From: a virus
Taxonomy: Duplodnaviria; Caudoviricetes
Strand: one strand, 5' to 3'
DNA: 64,000 bases
IMG/VR virus record: IMGVR_UViG_3300020577_003668
Coordinates: 32,001 to 96,000 of that record
Shown piece after piece: positions 1-9,829 of this stretch. Below the pieces are notes generated by a model. The model was given only the letters and a program-made list of their open reading frames with translations. It was not told the DNA's origin and did no database searches. A program made the position numbers and the translations under genes. Within the stretch, counting starts at the first letter, position 1, and the number at the start of each line of letters is the position of its first letter.

Positions 1-125
1 CCCTAACATGCTTAAGTCTTTGACTCGCACTGTACAAAACCTGCGTATTTGTGTAGCCTGATATACAACCAAGTATCGCCATGTAATCCAAGCATACCCT
101 ACGGGGTATGCAGTCGCGCCGAAAA

Positions 126-156
126 TGTAACAACCTGTAACTTACAGGTTGTTACA
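126..156. repeat. 31-bp palindrome TGTAACAACCTGTAA-C-TTACAGGTTGTTACA
   Basis: Identical copies at 126, 1713, 7850; half-sites near 1824, 3344, 8041. Confidence 0.95.
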
Positions 157-272
157 TTTGCGCCTAAATTGTACCACACAATTTAGGCCCGCGTCAATAA
201 AAAAGTTGTAACAACCTGTAACAACATGTAAGATGTAACAGATTGTAATAAATTGTATTAATTTGTAACATT

Positions 273-407
273 GCATACCCTACGGGGTACAGTACATGAG
301 CATACCCTACGGGGTACAGTACATGAGCATACCCTACGGGGTACAGTACATAGGCATACCCTACGGGGTACAGTACATAGGCATACCCTACGAGGTACAG
401 TACATAG
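273..407. repeat. 27-bp tandem repeat x5 (GCATACCCTACGGGGTACAGTACATRR)
   Basis: Five near-identical units starting 273, 300, 327, 354, 381, each with a TACCC-TACG-GGGTA hairpin; single copies near 92, 1171, 5716, 5737. Confidence 0.95.
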
Positions 408-505
408 ATGTAACAGTTTGTAAAAGCACACACAGACGGACTAGGATGCGCTATATTAGGTACATGGATTCTTCATCTACCCTCACCCTGACGGAAGGAC
501 TTGCC

Positions 506-1165
506 ATGTCTTCATTCTTCAAGCTGCAAGCGTATCACACTGCTGTTGCCAACGGCAGCATTAAGACTACACGCGCACAATGGGACATGCTGAATGCGCA
601 CTATCATCGCATGGTTGCGATGTACATCCTCGGCTTCTAAGGACCATCATGCAAGAAGAAGTTATGAGCGCATACATTGAAGGCTTGGACACTGAGACAA
701 TTATGCGCATCTTTGACTTGACCTACCCCGAATTGTGCGCGATAATCATGGAGTACTAAGGAGATCATCATGTATGCACTGCGCTCTGTTTCTTCCCCTC
801 TGTTGTTACTTGCTGCCCACGGCAAGACCTATCCCACCATGGTAGCGATGCGCGCTGGCTGGGCGCGTGGCGATGACTTCAAGATGTATGGCTCCAGTTC
901 GTACACTAGCATCCGTGACTTGGCCCGCCTGCAATGTGACAGCTCTAGCATCACACTGCATGACGTGCGCACTGGTGTTTCAATTGTTGTTGGTTAACCA
1001 CTAGGAGAAATGAGAATGAACCTTAAGCAGATCAATGAGTTCCGCGTGTCGCACGGTCTGGCCCCCCTGCCTGCCCCTGCGCGTAAGGCGAACAGCGGTA
1101 ACGCTGCGAAGCGTGCCCAAGAATGCCGCGATCTGAAGGCCCGCCGTAGCAGCAACAAGAAGTAA
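506..1165 (+). CDS. Cluster of four small pre-early hypothetical genes (506-640, 649-759, 770-997, 1010-1165)
   Basis: Consecutive short ORFs, each with an AAGGA/GGAG Shine-Dalgarno and host-like codons. Confidence 0.6.
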
Positions 1166-1885
1166 GGATAGCATACCCCTAGGGGGTATGCGGGCGCCAT
1201 TTTACCATAGTAAAATGGGCCGCGTCAATCACTGTTACAAAGATTTACAACGTAAAGAAATGTAAAACCGCTGGACAGGTGGTTACCTAGCATATACTAT
1301 ATTAGATGCATGGACACGAAACAAACCCGCAGCGAATACCTGGCAAACTTGCGGCTTGCCGAAAACGTGGATGCTCGGGCCAGCAGTTGGCGCGTGGCAT
1401 CTCCCTCCTGGGCTGATCCTGCTCCTGCGCGTGTTGTGCATCGCACTGTCAAGCGTAGCGCGTTGATTACCCTGAAAACCCTGTTCACATTCTGGAGATA
1501 GTCGAATGTTTAAACTATTGCATAATGGTAAGACCATTTTGCGAGGTACGTATCGGCAATGCGTTATGCGACGTGCTGAGTTGCGCTCTGGTGATGGCGC
1601 ATTCTTTAATTCTCTAACTATCGTGCCGTGCGATATTGATTTTGACGGTTTCACTGGCTATTCACTGTAACAAAAGCCGACCAATTTGGTCGGCTTTTTG
1701 CGGCGCCGAAAATGTAACAACCTGTAACTTACAGGTTGTTACAAGTTTTACAGTTTGCGCCGATTTTATCATAGAAAATCGGGCCGCGTCAATAGGGTAA
1801 CTACCTATTGACAGCAGAAAGTTGTAACAACCTGTAACTTGAAGGGGTATAAGCATATAGGCCGAAAATGCGCTAGAATCGCGGT

Positions 1886-2275
1886 ATGGCACAGACACTG
1901 GCTCACCTGATCGCACTGGCAGATATTCGTCGCAATATCGTATGGGATAAGTTGCGCAAGATTTACCCCGATATTCAAATTCGTTACCCTGCCATTATCA
2001 TCAATAAGCGGCTGAAAACTACTGGCGGGCGGGCATTTACTTGGAAGAATCCCCAGTATATTGATTTGAGCCATGATTTGCTTTTGGAGCATGGCGAATC
2101 TTTTATTAATTGGGTAGTACCCCACGAATTAGCCCACTTGGTTGCCTATACTAAATACGATGATAATGGGCACGGTAATGGCTGGAAAACAGTAATGCAA
2201 AAGGATCTGGGTATCCTGCCAGAAAGATGCCATCCTTTTGAAAATACTAAATGGGTGGCGAGTCGCGCAAAATGA
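1886..2275 (+). CDS. SprT-like zinc metalloprotease
   Basis: HELAH...GHGNGWK motif and upstream RLKTTGGRA segment. Confidence 0.85.
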   Translation: MAQTLAHLIALADIRRNIVWDKLRKIYPDIQIRYPAIIINKRLKTTGGRAFTWKNPQYIDLSHDLLLEHGESFINWVVPHELAHLVAYTKYDDNGHGNGWKTVMQKDLGILPERCHPFENTKWVASRAK

Positions 2276-2528
2276 AAAACTTTCCTAGTTTGTTGGCGGT
2301 AATTGGCGCATGGCTTTGTGCCATTGGTTTGATTCTGCCGGGTATTATTGCGTTTTTGTGCAGTTCGCTAGTCGCAATATATATTAATGAGGATCATTCG
2401 ATTTTCACGTTTGCATTCTTTGCTGCTAATATCGTCGCATTTTTCAGGCTGATTTAATATGCTGCAATATACATTCTTGATTGTTGTTGTTTACGCATTT
2501 GCTCCAATCATCATCATTTATTTCTGCG

Positions 2529-2783
2529 ATGAACACTGAAATTCTCGGCTGGATTGGCTCCCTATTGTTCGCAGTATGCGGCGCACCGCAAGCGTGGCAA
2601 TGTATGCGGGATGGACATTCTAGGGGGCTGAATTGGTTTTTCCTTTTGGCGTGGCTAGGGGGTGAGATACTGACAATCATTTATGTTATTCCCAAAATGG
2701 ATTTGCCTTTACTGTCAAACTATTTTGCGAATCTTTTGTTTCTAGGCGTGATGATACGTTATAAACTCTGGGAAAGAAAATGA
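2529..2783 (+). CDS. PQ-loop / SemiSWEET-like membrane protein
   Basis: LGWIGS..FAVCGAPQAW PQ motif, three hydrophobic helices. Confidence 0.75.
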   Translation: MNTEILGWIGSLLFAVCGAPQAWQCMRDGHSRGLNWFFLLAWLGGEILTIIYVIPKMDLPLLSNYFANLLFLGVMIRYKLWERK

Positions 2784-3025
2784 AACTATTTGAGATTGTT
2801 TTCGCTGACGGTCGCAGCATTATTCAATTCGCAAATACTCGGCGCGAATTGCGTATTAAGTTTGCCGGGTATATGATTCGTGAAATTAACCGCGTGGATA
2901 TTCATTAATGGCTGAATACATTTTTACCACATTATTGTGGGTATTGATTGTGTATATGTGTTGGGGTTATCGCAAATATATGCACAGATAATCAAAATTA
3001 CCCGACTGATTTAGTCGGGTAATTT

Positions 3026-3063
3026 GCGCCAAAATTATATCATATAATTTTGGGCCGCGTCAA
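3026..3063 (-). promoter_or_regulatory. Repeated leftward sigma70-like promoter with -10 inside a hairpin (representative copy)
   Basis: Reverse strand reads TTGACG-18bp-TATAAT with extended TGn and GGCGC downstream; copies at 160, 1194, 1757, 3026, 4319, 5647, 7885; variants at 6698, 8177, 10347. Confidence 0.75.
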
Positions 3064-3492
3064 CAAAAAAGTTGTAACAGTTTGTAACAGCATAAGCAAG
3101 AAGCGTGCCAGGTTTCTGTATACCCCTACGGGTACCCATATATACCATACGTGGTAGGGTACACTGGCCACCTAAGAAGATGGATACCCTACGGTGTATT
3201 AATTATGGATACCTAAGAAGGCGTCGATCTTTTTGTGCCGATAGGTGGGGGGCTTGAACCCGAAAATCGGCACGATTCGGCGTGTGAGGCGTTTATGGGG
3301 CCAAGCAAGACGTGTGCCAGAAATTAGAAATCCGCGCCAAAATTGTAACAACCTGTAACTTGTAGGGGTAAGGGTAAACACCTATTGACATGTAATAGTT
3401 TGTAAAACCACTTGACCACACAATTTAGTAGGACATTGCGCACACTGGCTGGAAACGTGCTAAGATCGTCACTCAACAACGGAAGGTCTTAA

Positions 3493-3969
3493 ATGCCCGC
3501 AATTACTAAGGTTTCCATCTATGATATGGATGGCACTATCGTGGATTCAACCCACAGATATCGCACAGTTACTGTGAATGGTATTGAAAAGATTGATCTG
3601 GAATACTGGCGTGCAAATGAATATCGCGCGATGGATGATGGTTTGCTGCCATTGGCTGAACAGTATCGCAGAGAATTGCGCGATGAAAATACATATGTGA
3701 TTATTGCCACTGCGCGGGTTATGGGCGCGGCAGATTGGCAGTTTGTCGATGAAATTCTCGGCAAACCCGATTATTTCATTAGTCGTCGCGCAGGTGAAAC
3801 TATTTCTGGCGGTCAATTGAAAATCAACGGCCTGCAAAAGTTTTTTAACCTGAAACAGTTTCGCAAGGCTGACGCAGTATTTTATGAAGATAATACTTCA
3901 TACTTGAAAGCAGTTTGCGATCATTTCCAAATCCGTGGCGTTTATATTCCTTCAAAACAGGGTCATTAA
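3493..3969 (+). CDS. HAD-superfamily phosphatase (nucleotidase/PNK-phosphatase-like)
   Basis: DMDGT motif I, ATAR motif II, YEDN motif IV. Confidence 0.8.
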   Translation: MPAITKVSIYDMDGTIVDSTHRYRTVTVNGIEKIDLEYWRANEYRAMDDGLLPLAEQYRRELRDENTYVIIATARVMGAADWQFVDEILGKPDYFISRRAGETISGGQLKINGLQKFFNLKQFRKADAVFYEDNTSYLKAVCDHFQIRGVYIPSKQGH

Positions 3970-4501
3970 TATGTGGAAAATGCTCAATTTTAAAAGAGAT
4001 AAGCGCACTGTTAAAAATGTGCTCAAGTTTCCATTTATCATTATGGGGGGTTTTGTGACTATGTTTTTCTGGCTTATCGAATATATTCATTTTGAATGGT
4101 CTGAGGTAGTTTGTGATAAACTACCTAAATGGGATATGTAATATGTCATTAGTTATTTTCTTGGTTGTTTGTACTGCGATTCTCGCAGTATTTGGAGCAG
4201 TATTCTTTATTAAATGGCTATATAACGAATATATTATATGGGCGTTTGAACAGTAAATAATAGCCGCAATATGCGGCTATTATTTTGCCCATACTCTGTT
4301 ACATTCTGTTACATATGGGCGCCAAAATTATAGCATATAATTTTGGGCCGCGTCAAGCGGCAAGGTGTAACAGTTTGTAACAGCAACAGGGCGAGTTGTA
4401 ACAATTTGTAATAACGCTTGACAGACTGATTTAGTAGGACATTGCGCGGGCTGGCTGGAAACGTGGTACACTCAGGTTCCCTAAACAACGGAGTTTCTAG
4501 C

Positions 4502-5200
4502 GTGGCTGCAAAACAGTATTTTCTGATTGTCGATACTGAAACTAGTATTTCAGATAAGGTTGTCGATTTTGGCGCTGTTATCTGTGATCGGCAAGGCAAT
4601 ATATATTCTCAATGTGCGGTTTTGATTAATACCGTTTTCGGCGTAGATTCTCTATTCTACGACAAAGCCGCTTCGGGTATCTGGTCTGTTAATAGCGTGC
4701 AGCGTCGCATGGATAATTATAATAATATGCTGAATACTGGGTCTAGAATGCTTGCCTCAGTTAATGCTATTAATCGCTGGCTTGATAAGGCAAATGCCAA
4801 GTATAGCCCCGAACTTACCGCTTATAATCTGGCTTTCGATATGGGTAAATGCCGCAATACTGGTATCGAACTGGATATCTTTCAAAAGCGGTTTTGCTTG
4901 TGGGCTGCGTCTATCGGCAATATCTGCAATACTAAGGCATACCGCGAATTTGTTTTGAATAATCACCTTTTCAATGCTCGTACTGATAAGGGAAACATGA
5001 CTTATTCGACTACCGCCGAGAATGTCACGGGGTTTCTCACTGGTACTCTGACCGATGAACCCCATACTAGTATCGAGGATATTATCGGTTATGAATTGCC
5101 GACCCTGGTGCATATTGCCAAAAAGGCAAAATGGCGAGATAAGATTACTCCGTATTCGTGGAATCACCATCAAGTTAACCAACATTTCAAGGTGAAATAA
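4502..5200 (+). CDS. DEDDh-type 3'-5' exonuclease-like protein
   Basis: VDTET (ExoI), AYNLAFD (ExoII), HTSIED (ExoIII); GTG start after GGAG. Confidence 0.75.
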   Translation: MAAKQYFLIVDTETSISDKVVDFGAVICDRQGNIYSQCAVLINTVFGVDSLFYDKAASGIWSVNSVQRRMDNYNNMLNTGSRMLASVNAINRWLDKANAKYSPELTAYNLAFDMGKCRNTGIELDIFQKRFCLWAASIGNICNTKAYREFVLNNHLFNARTDKGNMTYSTTAENVTGFLTGTLTDEPHTSIEDIIGYELPTLVHIAKKAKWRDKITPYSWNHHQVNQHFKVK

Positions 5201-5201
5201 T

Positions 5202-5582
5202 ATGATGGATATTGGTACTATGATTCTCACAGCCTGTAAGGCTTTGAATATCAATATACCCGTGAGGGTTACTCTGGTCAATAAGTTTACTAAGAAAATG
5301 AAGGACACCGCTGGAATAACTTATACCATTTACCGCAAAAACAAAATCCAGTATTTCAAGATATCCATTTGCTTGAGTGAATGCCTTATGTCTGGATATT
5401 CGGTGAGTGATACCATATTGCATGAACTGGTACACGCTAGTATGGTCGAGAATAATAAGTTTAATAATGACTACCATCACGACGCCGTATTTCAGGATAT
5501 CTGCGAGAAACTCAAGACCTATATGCAAGAAATGGGTTTCCCGGTGGGGGTACTATATAATCCTGATATTGATAAGAGTTAA
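5202..5582 (+). CDS. Second SprT-like/HExxH metalloprotease
   Basis: TILHELVH...HHDAVF. Confidence 0.7.
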   Translation: MMDIGTMILTACKALNINIPVRVTLVNKFTKKMKDTAGITYTIYRKNKIQYFKISICLSECLMSGYSVSDTILHELVHASMVENNKFNNDYHHDAVFQDICEKLKTYMQEMGFPVGVLYNPDIDKS

Positions 5583-5588
5583 TTTCAC

Positions 5589-5611
5589 AAACCCGCTCCG
5601 GCGGGTTTTTT
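5589..5611 (+). terminator. Intrinsic terminator
   Basis: AACCCGC-TCCG-GCGGGTT then T-run. Confidence 0.85.
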
Positions 5612-5962
5612 TATTATCTCGATACTATACCCCCGGGGGTACCCGGGCGCCAATTTTACCACGTAAAATTGGGCCGCGTCAAGCGACTGTTACATCTGTT
5701 ACGTACGGCGGCGGATACCCTACGGGGTACCCTATATACCCTACGGGGTAGGGCAATACCCGACTGAATTACTCAACAATGCGCACAGACTGCGAAAGTC
5801 TGTTATATTTATGTCTCTGGATTACGCAACGCAGCAAAGGACGCAAAAACCCTACACTTGACTCGGAATTGAAACCTGAGTTATACTAGTTTCAACGGTT
5901 ATCGGTGCTACCGGCAAAACGCAAAAGCCCCGATTGTTCCTAGTTTTTCTGGAGTATTGAAA

Positions 5963-6454
5963 ATGGCGAAGACTGAAAAGGTTGTGAATTACACTGACGC
6001 GCAAGCGTCCGAACTCAAGGCGGCGTATGTTGCGAATCCTACCAAGGAAACCGTGGCAACTTTTGCTGCGAAGTTTGGTAAGACTACACGGAGCATCGTT
6101 GCCAAACTGGCAAAGATGGAAGTTTACCAAAAGGCTGAATATGTCAGCAAAACTGGCGAAAAGCCTGTCAAGAAGGATGCCCATGCCGATGCTATCGCTA
6201 AGGTGCTGGGCCTGTCCGAAAACGATGCGGAATCGTTGACCAAGGCGAATAAGACCGCACTTGTTAAGGTGTTTTCCGCTTTGGCAAATTCCGTGCCAGT
6301 TGAAGCGGAAACTCCCGAGGAAACGGCCGCAAAGCCGGATTCTATCGCGGTGCTGGTGCGAGTCGCGGGCTTGACTGCCGAGGATGCTAAGAGCATCGGT
6401 CGGGTGCGCGGTGCGGTGCTGGCCAAGTTGGCAGCGGTTTTCGCTGACGAATGA
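5963..6454 (+). CDS. A2: T5 A2-like DNA-binding protein, paralog 1
   Basis: RSIVAKLAKMEVYQK...IAKVLG...ESLTKA pattern resembles T5 A2 as recalled. Confidence 0.7.
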   Translation: MAKTEKVVNYTDAQASELKAAYVANPTKETVATFAAKFGKTTRSIVAKLAKMEVYQKAEYVSKTGEKPVKKDAHADAIAKVLGLSENDAESLTKANKTALVKVFSALANSVPVEAETPEETAAKPDSIAVLVRVAGLTAEDAKSIGRVRGAVLAKLAAVFADE

Positions 6455-6839
6455 CAATAGGGGGAAACCCCTATTGCAAAAACGGGCAACGCACTCGGAA
6501 GCTAATTGCATGCGTGTAGGTGTTGGAAATCCGCAACACTGAACTATTCGGTAGAATAGCCGACTAATATAGTCGGCTATTTTTTGGCCGCGCGCTGTTA
6601 CAAACTGTTACACTTTAATGCTTGACACGGCACGCTGCGCGTGCTATAATGAAAGCGCTGGCGCGCCAAAATTTTGTTACAATTGGTTACAAAGGCTAAT
6701 TATACCATCAAAATCGTGCCCGTGTCAAGAAATATAAATAGCCCTGCAATCTGGTCAACAATGCACACAGGCTGCGATTCTGGCTTATACTGTGTTCCTG
6801 GGTTGGCGATGTTGCTGCCCCTAACTTGAAAGGTTCGAT

Positions 6840-7148
6840 ATGATCTCCAATTCCAAGCTTACCAAGGAACAAAAGGAAGCTCGCAAGGTGCATAAGGCTA
6901 CAATCGTTGCTCAGGGTGGTGCGATTGTCACTAGTTCCGATGGCTCAGTTACCGTTGCTTTCATGCCTGAGTTTCAGGGTTCACGCATGCTGGCTGTCGG
7001 CGTTTCCGTTGCTTCACCGTATGAACGCAAGATTCGTGCCAAGGTGGGCGAATATCATGCGCTGGACAATTTGATGTTCGGCAATGCGATCAAGGTGCCC
7101 GATGGCGTAGATATGTACGCGCTGGCTGATGTAATCGCGGATCATTAA
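6840..7148 (+). CDS. Hypothetical phage protein (related to 36093-36434)
   Basis: Shared RML.V.VS..SP.....K.G.Y.AL motif. Confidence 0.6.
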   Translation: MISNSKLTKEQKEARKVHKATIVAQGGAIVTSSDGSVTVAFMPEFQGSRMLAVGVSVASPYERKIRAKVGEYHALDNLMFGNAIKVPDGVDMYALADVIADH

Positions 7149-7447
7149 TCAATAGGGGGAAACCCCTATTCTAGCGGCGCATCAGACTGCTAGAATAGGT
7201 GCTTCACTTGGGAGTAAATGATGCTTTCACCTTACGAATATCCAGTTGACCGTGTTATCGGTCAGGTCAATACTAGCGAAATGAATCCGCAATTGCCAGT
7301 CGCTGAAATTCAGGGTTTGCACAATTCCGGCTTGTCAACTGACGAGGATGGCGAAACCATTTTCGACGTTGATGATCCCGAAATCCCTTTCGGCTGGCGT
7401 ATTATTGAAGCCGATGATCTTTCCCTTTTCTTTCCCTCGGAGATTCT

Positions 7448-7807
7448 GTGATGCGTGAATATGTACCCTTTTCGGCTCTGTTGGGCCTGACGTTTGCCAA
7501 TGTCGTGGCTGAAGATGATAAGGTTATCTTCACTCATGCCGATGGCCGCGTTTTCACTTTGGAACATATTCAAGATTGTTGCGAGCATGTATACATTGAA
7601 AGTATCGTCGGTGATCTGCCTGATCTGGTGGATAGCGAGATTCTGCGCGCTAATGAGGAAACGCAGTATGATCCAGATACTGAGTATGGCGAGTGGACCT
7701 TTTACAAACTGGCTACCTGTAAAGGTTATGTCGATATTCGGTTCTATGGTTCCAGTAATGGTTACTATGGCGTAGGCGTGGACCTTTGGGTAGATATTCC
7801 CGAATAA
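7448..7807 (+). CDS. Conserved phage hypothetical protein
   Basis: HIQDCCE...WTFYKLAT.KG.V.IR..G.SNGYY motif. Confidence 0.7.
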   Translation: MMREYVPFSALLGLTFANVVAEDDKVIFTHADGRVFTLEHIQDCCEHVYIESIVGDLPDLVDSEILRANEETQYDPDTEYGEWTFYKLATCKGYVDIRFYGSSNGYYGVGVDLWVDIPE

Positions 7808-8545
7808 CTAGAAAAACCCGAGATAATCGGGTTTTTCAATACTTTAAATTGTAACAACCTGTAACTTACAGGTTGTTACAATTTGCGCCAAAATTATACC
7901 ATAATTTTGGCACCCGCGTCAAGCGTTGTTACAAACACTTACACGCTGTTGTTTTTGCGCAACTGGCACGATTCTTGCTTGCAGGCCTGAATGCGAATCA
8001 TTCTCGTTCGCATTGTTAGTAAGCGCTAACTGGGGCGATATGTAACAACCTGTAACTTGTAGGGTTATTCGGAAGTTAGTGAGCACTAACTAACTTTTTT
8101 CACTACCAAAATTGCGCACGCTTTCGCGCGGCGCCAGTGGTAGATCTTGGCAAGTGCAAAATCTCAGATGCGATTTGCGCCAAATTATACCAGTGGTAAA
8201 CCTTGGCAGTCAAGTAAGAATTTTCAATCGTAAAACACAGCCTCTGCAACCATCAAACTTTTTTTCTTGAAGAATTTTATGTAATCGGGCATAATAATGA
8301 AATGCGTTAGGGAATCAAGGAAAGCATAGCCAGCGCGACCATAAAACGTGCGGGCGGAACTATCCGAAATTATCGAATGCATCAACATAGCGGCGAAATT
8401 TCTTTCTTGATTGCCGCGGTTCTCTTCTCTATAATAGATATATCGGATGGGGAAACACCCTGGAAGTTACCCTCAGTAACCATCTGAATTTCTCTGTTGA
8501 TCCTCAACCTGTTGTGTTATATAATATTTCTTTGAAAGGGAATAT

Positions 8546-8908
8546 ATGGCTACCGAAAAGACCGTGAACTACACTGAAGCCCAAACCACCGAACTGGTGC
8601 AGGCCTACGTTGCTACCCCGACTGACGAGACCGTCAAGTCGTTCGCCGAGAAGTTCGGCAAGACCACTCGTTCGATTGTTGCCAAGCTGGCTAAGGAGAA
8701 GGTTTACGTCTCCAAGGCTAAGGAAGCTGGCAAGCGCGATATGCTGAAGAGCGAAATGATCGCGAAGATCGCCGGCCTGGTGGGCCGTAGCGAAGAACAG
8801 CTGGAAAGCCTGGAGAAGGCTACCGGTGTGGCTCTGAAGGCAGTGATCGAGGCGCTGGAAGCGCGCGACGCTGAGATCAAGTCGCTGACCGAAGAAGTCA
8901 CCGCTTGA
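8546..8908 (+). CDS. T5 A2-like DNA-binding protein, paralog 2
   Basis: VNYTEAQ...FGKTTRSIVAKLAK near-identical to 5963 protein. Confidence 0.75.
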   Translation: MATEKTVNYTEAQTTELVQAYVATPTDETVKSFAEKFGKTTRSIVAKLAKEKVYVSKAKEAGKRDMLKSEMIAKIAGLVGRSEEQLESLEKATGVALKAVIEALEARDAEIKSLTEEVTA

Positions 8909-9220
8909 TTAACGGCAGGTGCCAGCCAGGCGGCTGGTTAAATGAACAAGGCCTGAACAGCCTGCCAAAATTTTCACTTGATTTGTGTCCCCGATTTCTA
9001 TATAATAGATATATCGGATGGGAAAGCAGCGACAGACTCCAGCGTGAAGCATTAAAAATTCTGTCTTGATTCGCTGCTCAAATCCCTGTATAATGAATGT
9101 ATGGCCGGCGCATGACCATCGGCAAACGTAGCAGGATGGGCTTGAAGCCACAGCCATTTTATGCCCCGATAGCAGGGGCGCGTAGCCAGCAAGTCGCGCT
9201 GGATGTGATACTAGTATAAT

Positions 9221-9453
9221 GGGTGGACAGCGGTATGTAGGGTTGATACGCCCTCGTAAGCGTCCTTAATTGCCGGGAATTCTAGAGAGGTAGCCTGCAG
9301 CTACAAACCTAGGGCCGAGCGTCAGCCCTCACGTAGATTTAATATGGGTGGACAGCGGTGCGCAGTACGGTTCCTCAATCTGTACATAGCAAGCGTCCTT
9401 AATTGCCGGGAAGATGCCAGATCAGAGGCTAGTGCATCGCCGATCGTCAGCCC
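9221..9453 (+). ncRNA. Tandem pair of structured RNAs (9221-9328, 9346-9453)
   Basis: Conserved GGGTGGACAGCGGT / AAGCGTCCTTAATTGCCGGGAA / GCCGA.CGTCAGCCC blocks with variable hairpins between. Confidence 0.7.
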
Positions 9454-9653
9454 TTCACAGACTTTCCAAGTGAGCCTAGCAGCTCTATACCTTCGGTAGC
9501 AAATGTTCTATCGGCAACAAACTAATGCTAGGCTCACTTGGGTGGTTTGAGACCAGTATGTATCTGGATAAAAGCTTAATTGTGATTGAAGCTCAGATCA
9601 CAGCCTAGCTCGTTAGTCACTCAGCAAGTCTGTTTTCTACTGAGTCTATTTTT

Positions 9654-9729
9654 GCCCTGTTCGACTTCAGGTTGAGGTCAACGTCCTTTCAAGTCGTGCA
9701 GATGGGTTCGATTCCCATACAGGGTACCA
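9654..9729 (+). tRNA. tRNA-Glu(UUC)
   Basis: Cloverleaf, TTC anticodon, TTCGATT T-loop, CCA. Confidence 0.9.
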
Positions 9730-9730
9730 T

Positions 9731-9829
9731 TCCTCTGATGAGTCCATGCAAGTTGGACGAAATCCTAGCGGCCCCAGGCAGGCCTCCTGATCCTTCCCAG
9801 GATCAACCTGCCCGGAGCTAGGATCAGGA
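9731..9829 (+). ncRNA. Type I hammerhead ribozyme
   Basis: TCCT-CTGATGA-GTCC..GGAC-GAAA-TCCTAGC..GCTAGGA-TC^AGGA; complete core, predicted cleavage after C9825. Confidence 0.8.

Noticed and set aside
273-407. CRISPR array
   Set aside because: Inter-hairpin segments are nearly identical and too short to be spacers; no cas genes
194-505. ORFs 194-433 (-) and the N-terminus of 296-640 (+) with 9-aa repeats
   Set aside because: Translation artefacts of the 27-bp DNA repeat; the likely gene starts at 506 after an RBS
5852-6511. Long antisense ORFs (5852, 19164, 29949, 54179 and others)
   Set aside because: Shadow frames opposite well-supported genes
9103-9160. GGCCGGC start resembling an HDV ribozyme, and GGCAAAC resembling a c-di-GMP-I riboswitch
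   Set aside because: Could not build the required nested pseudoknot or second hairpin
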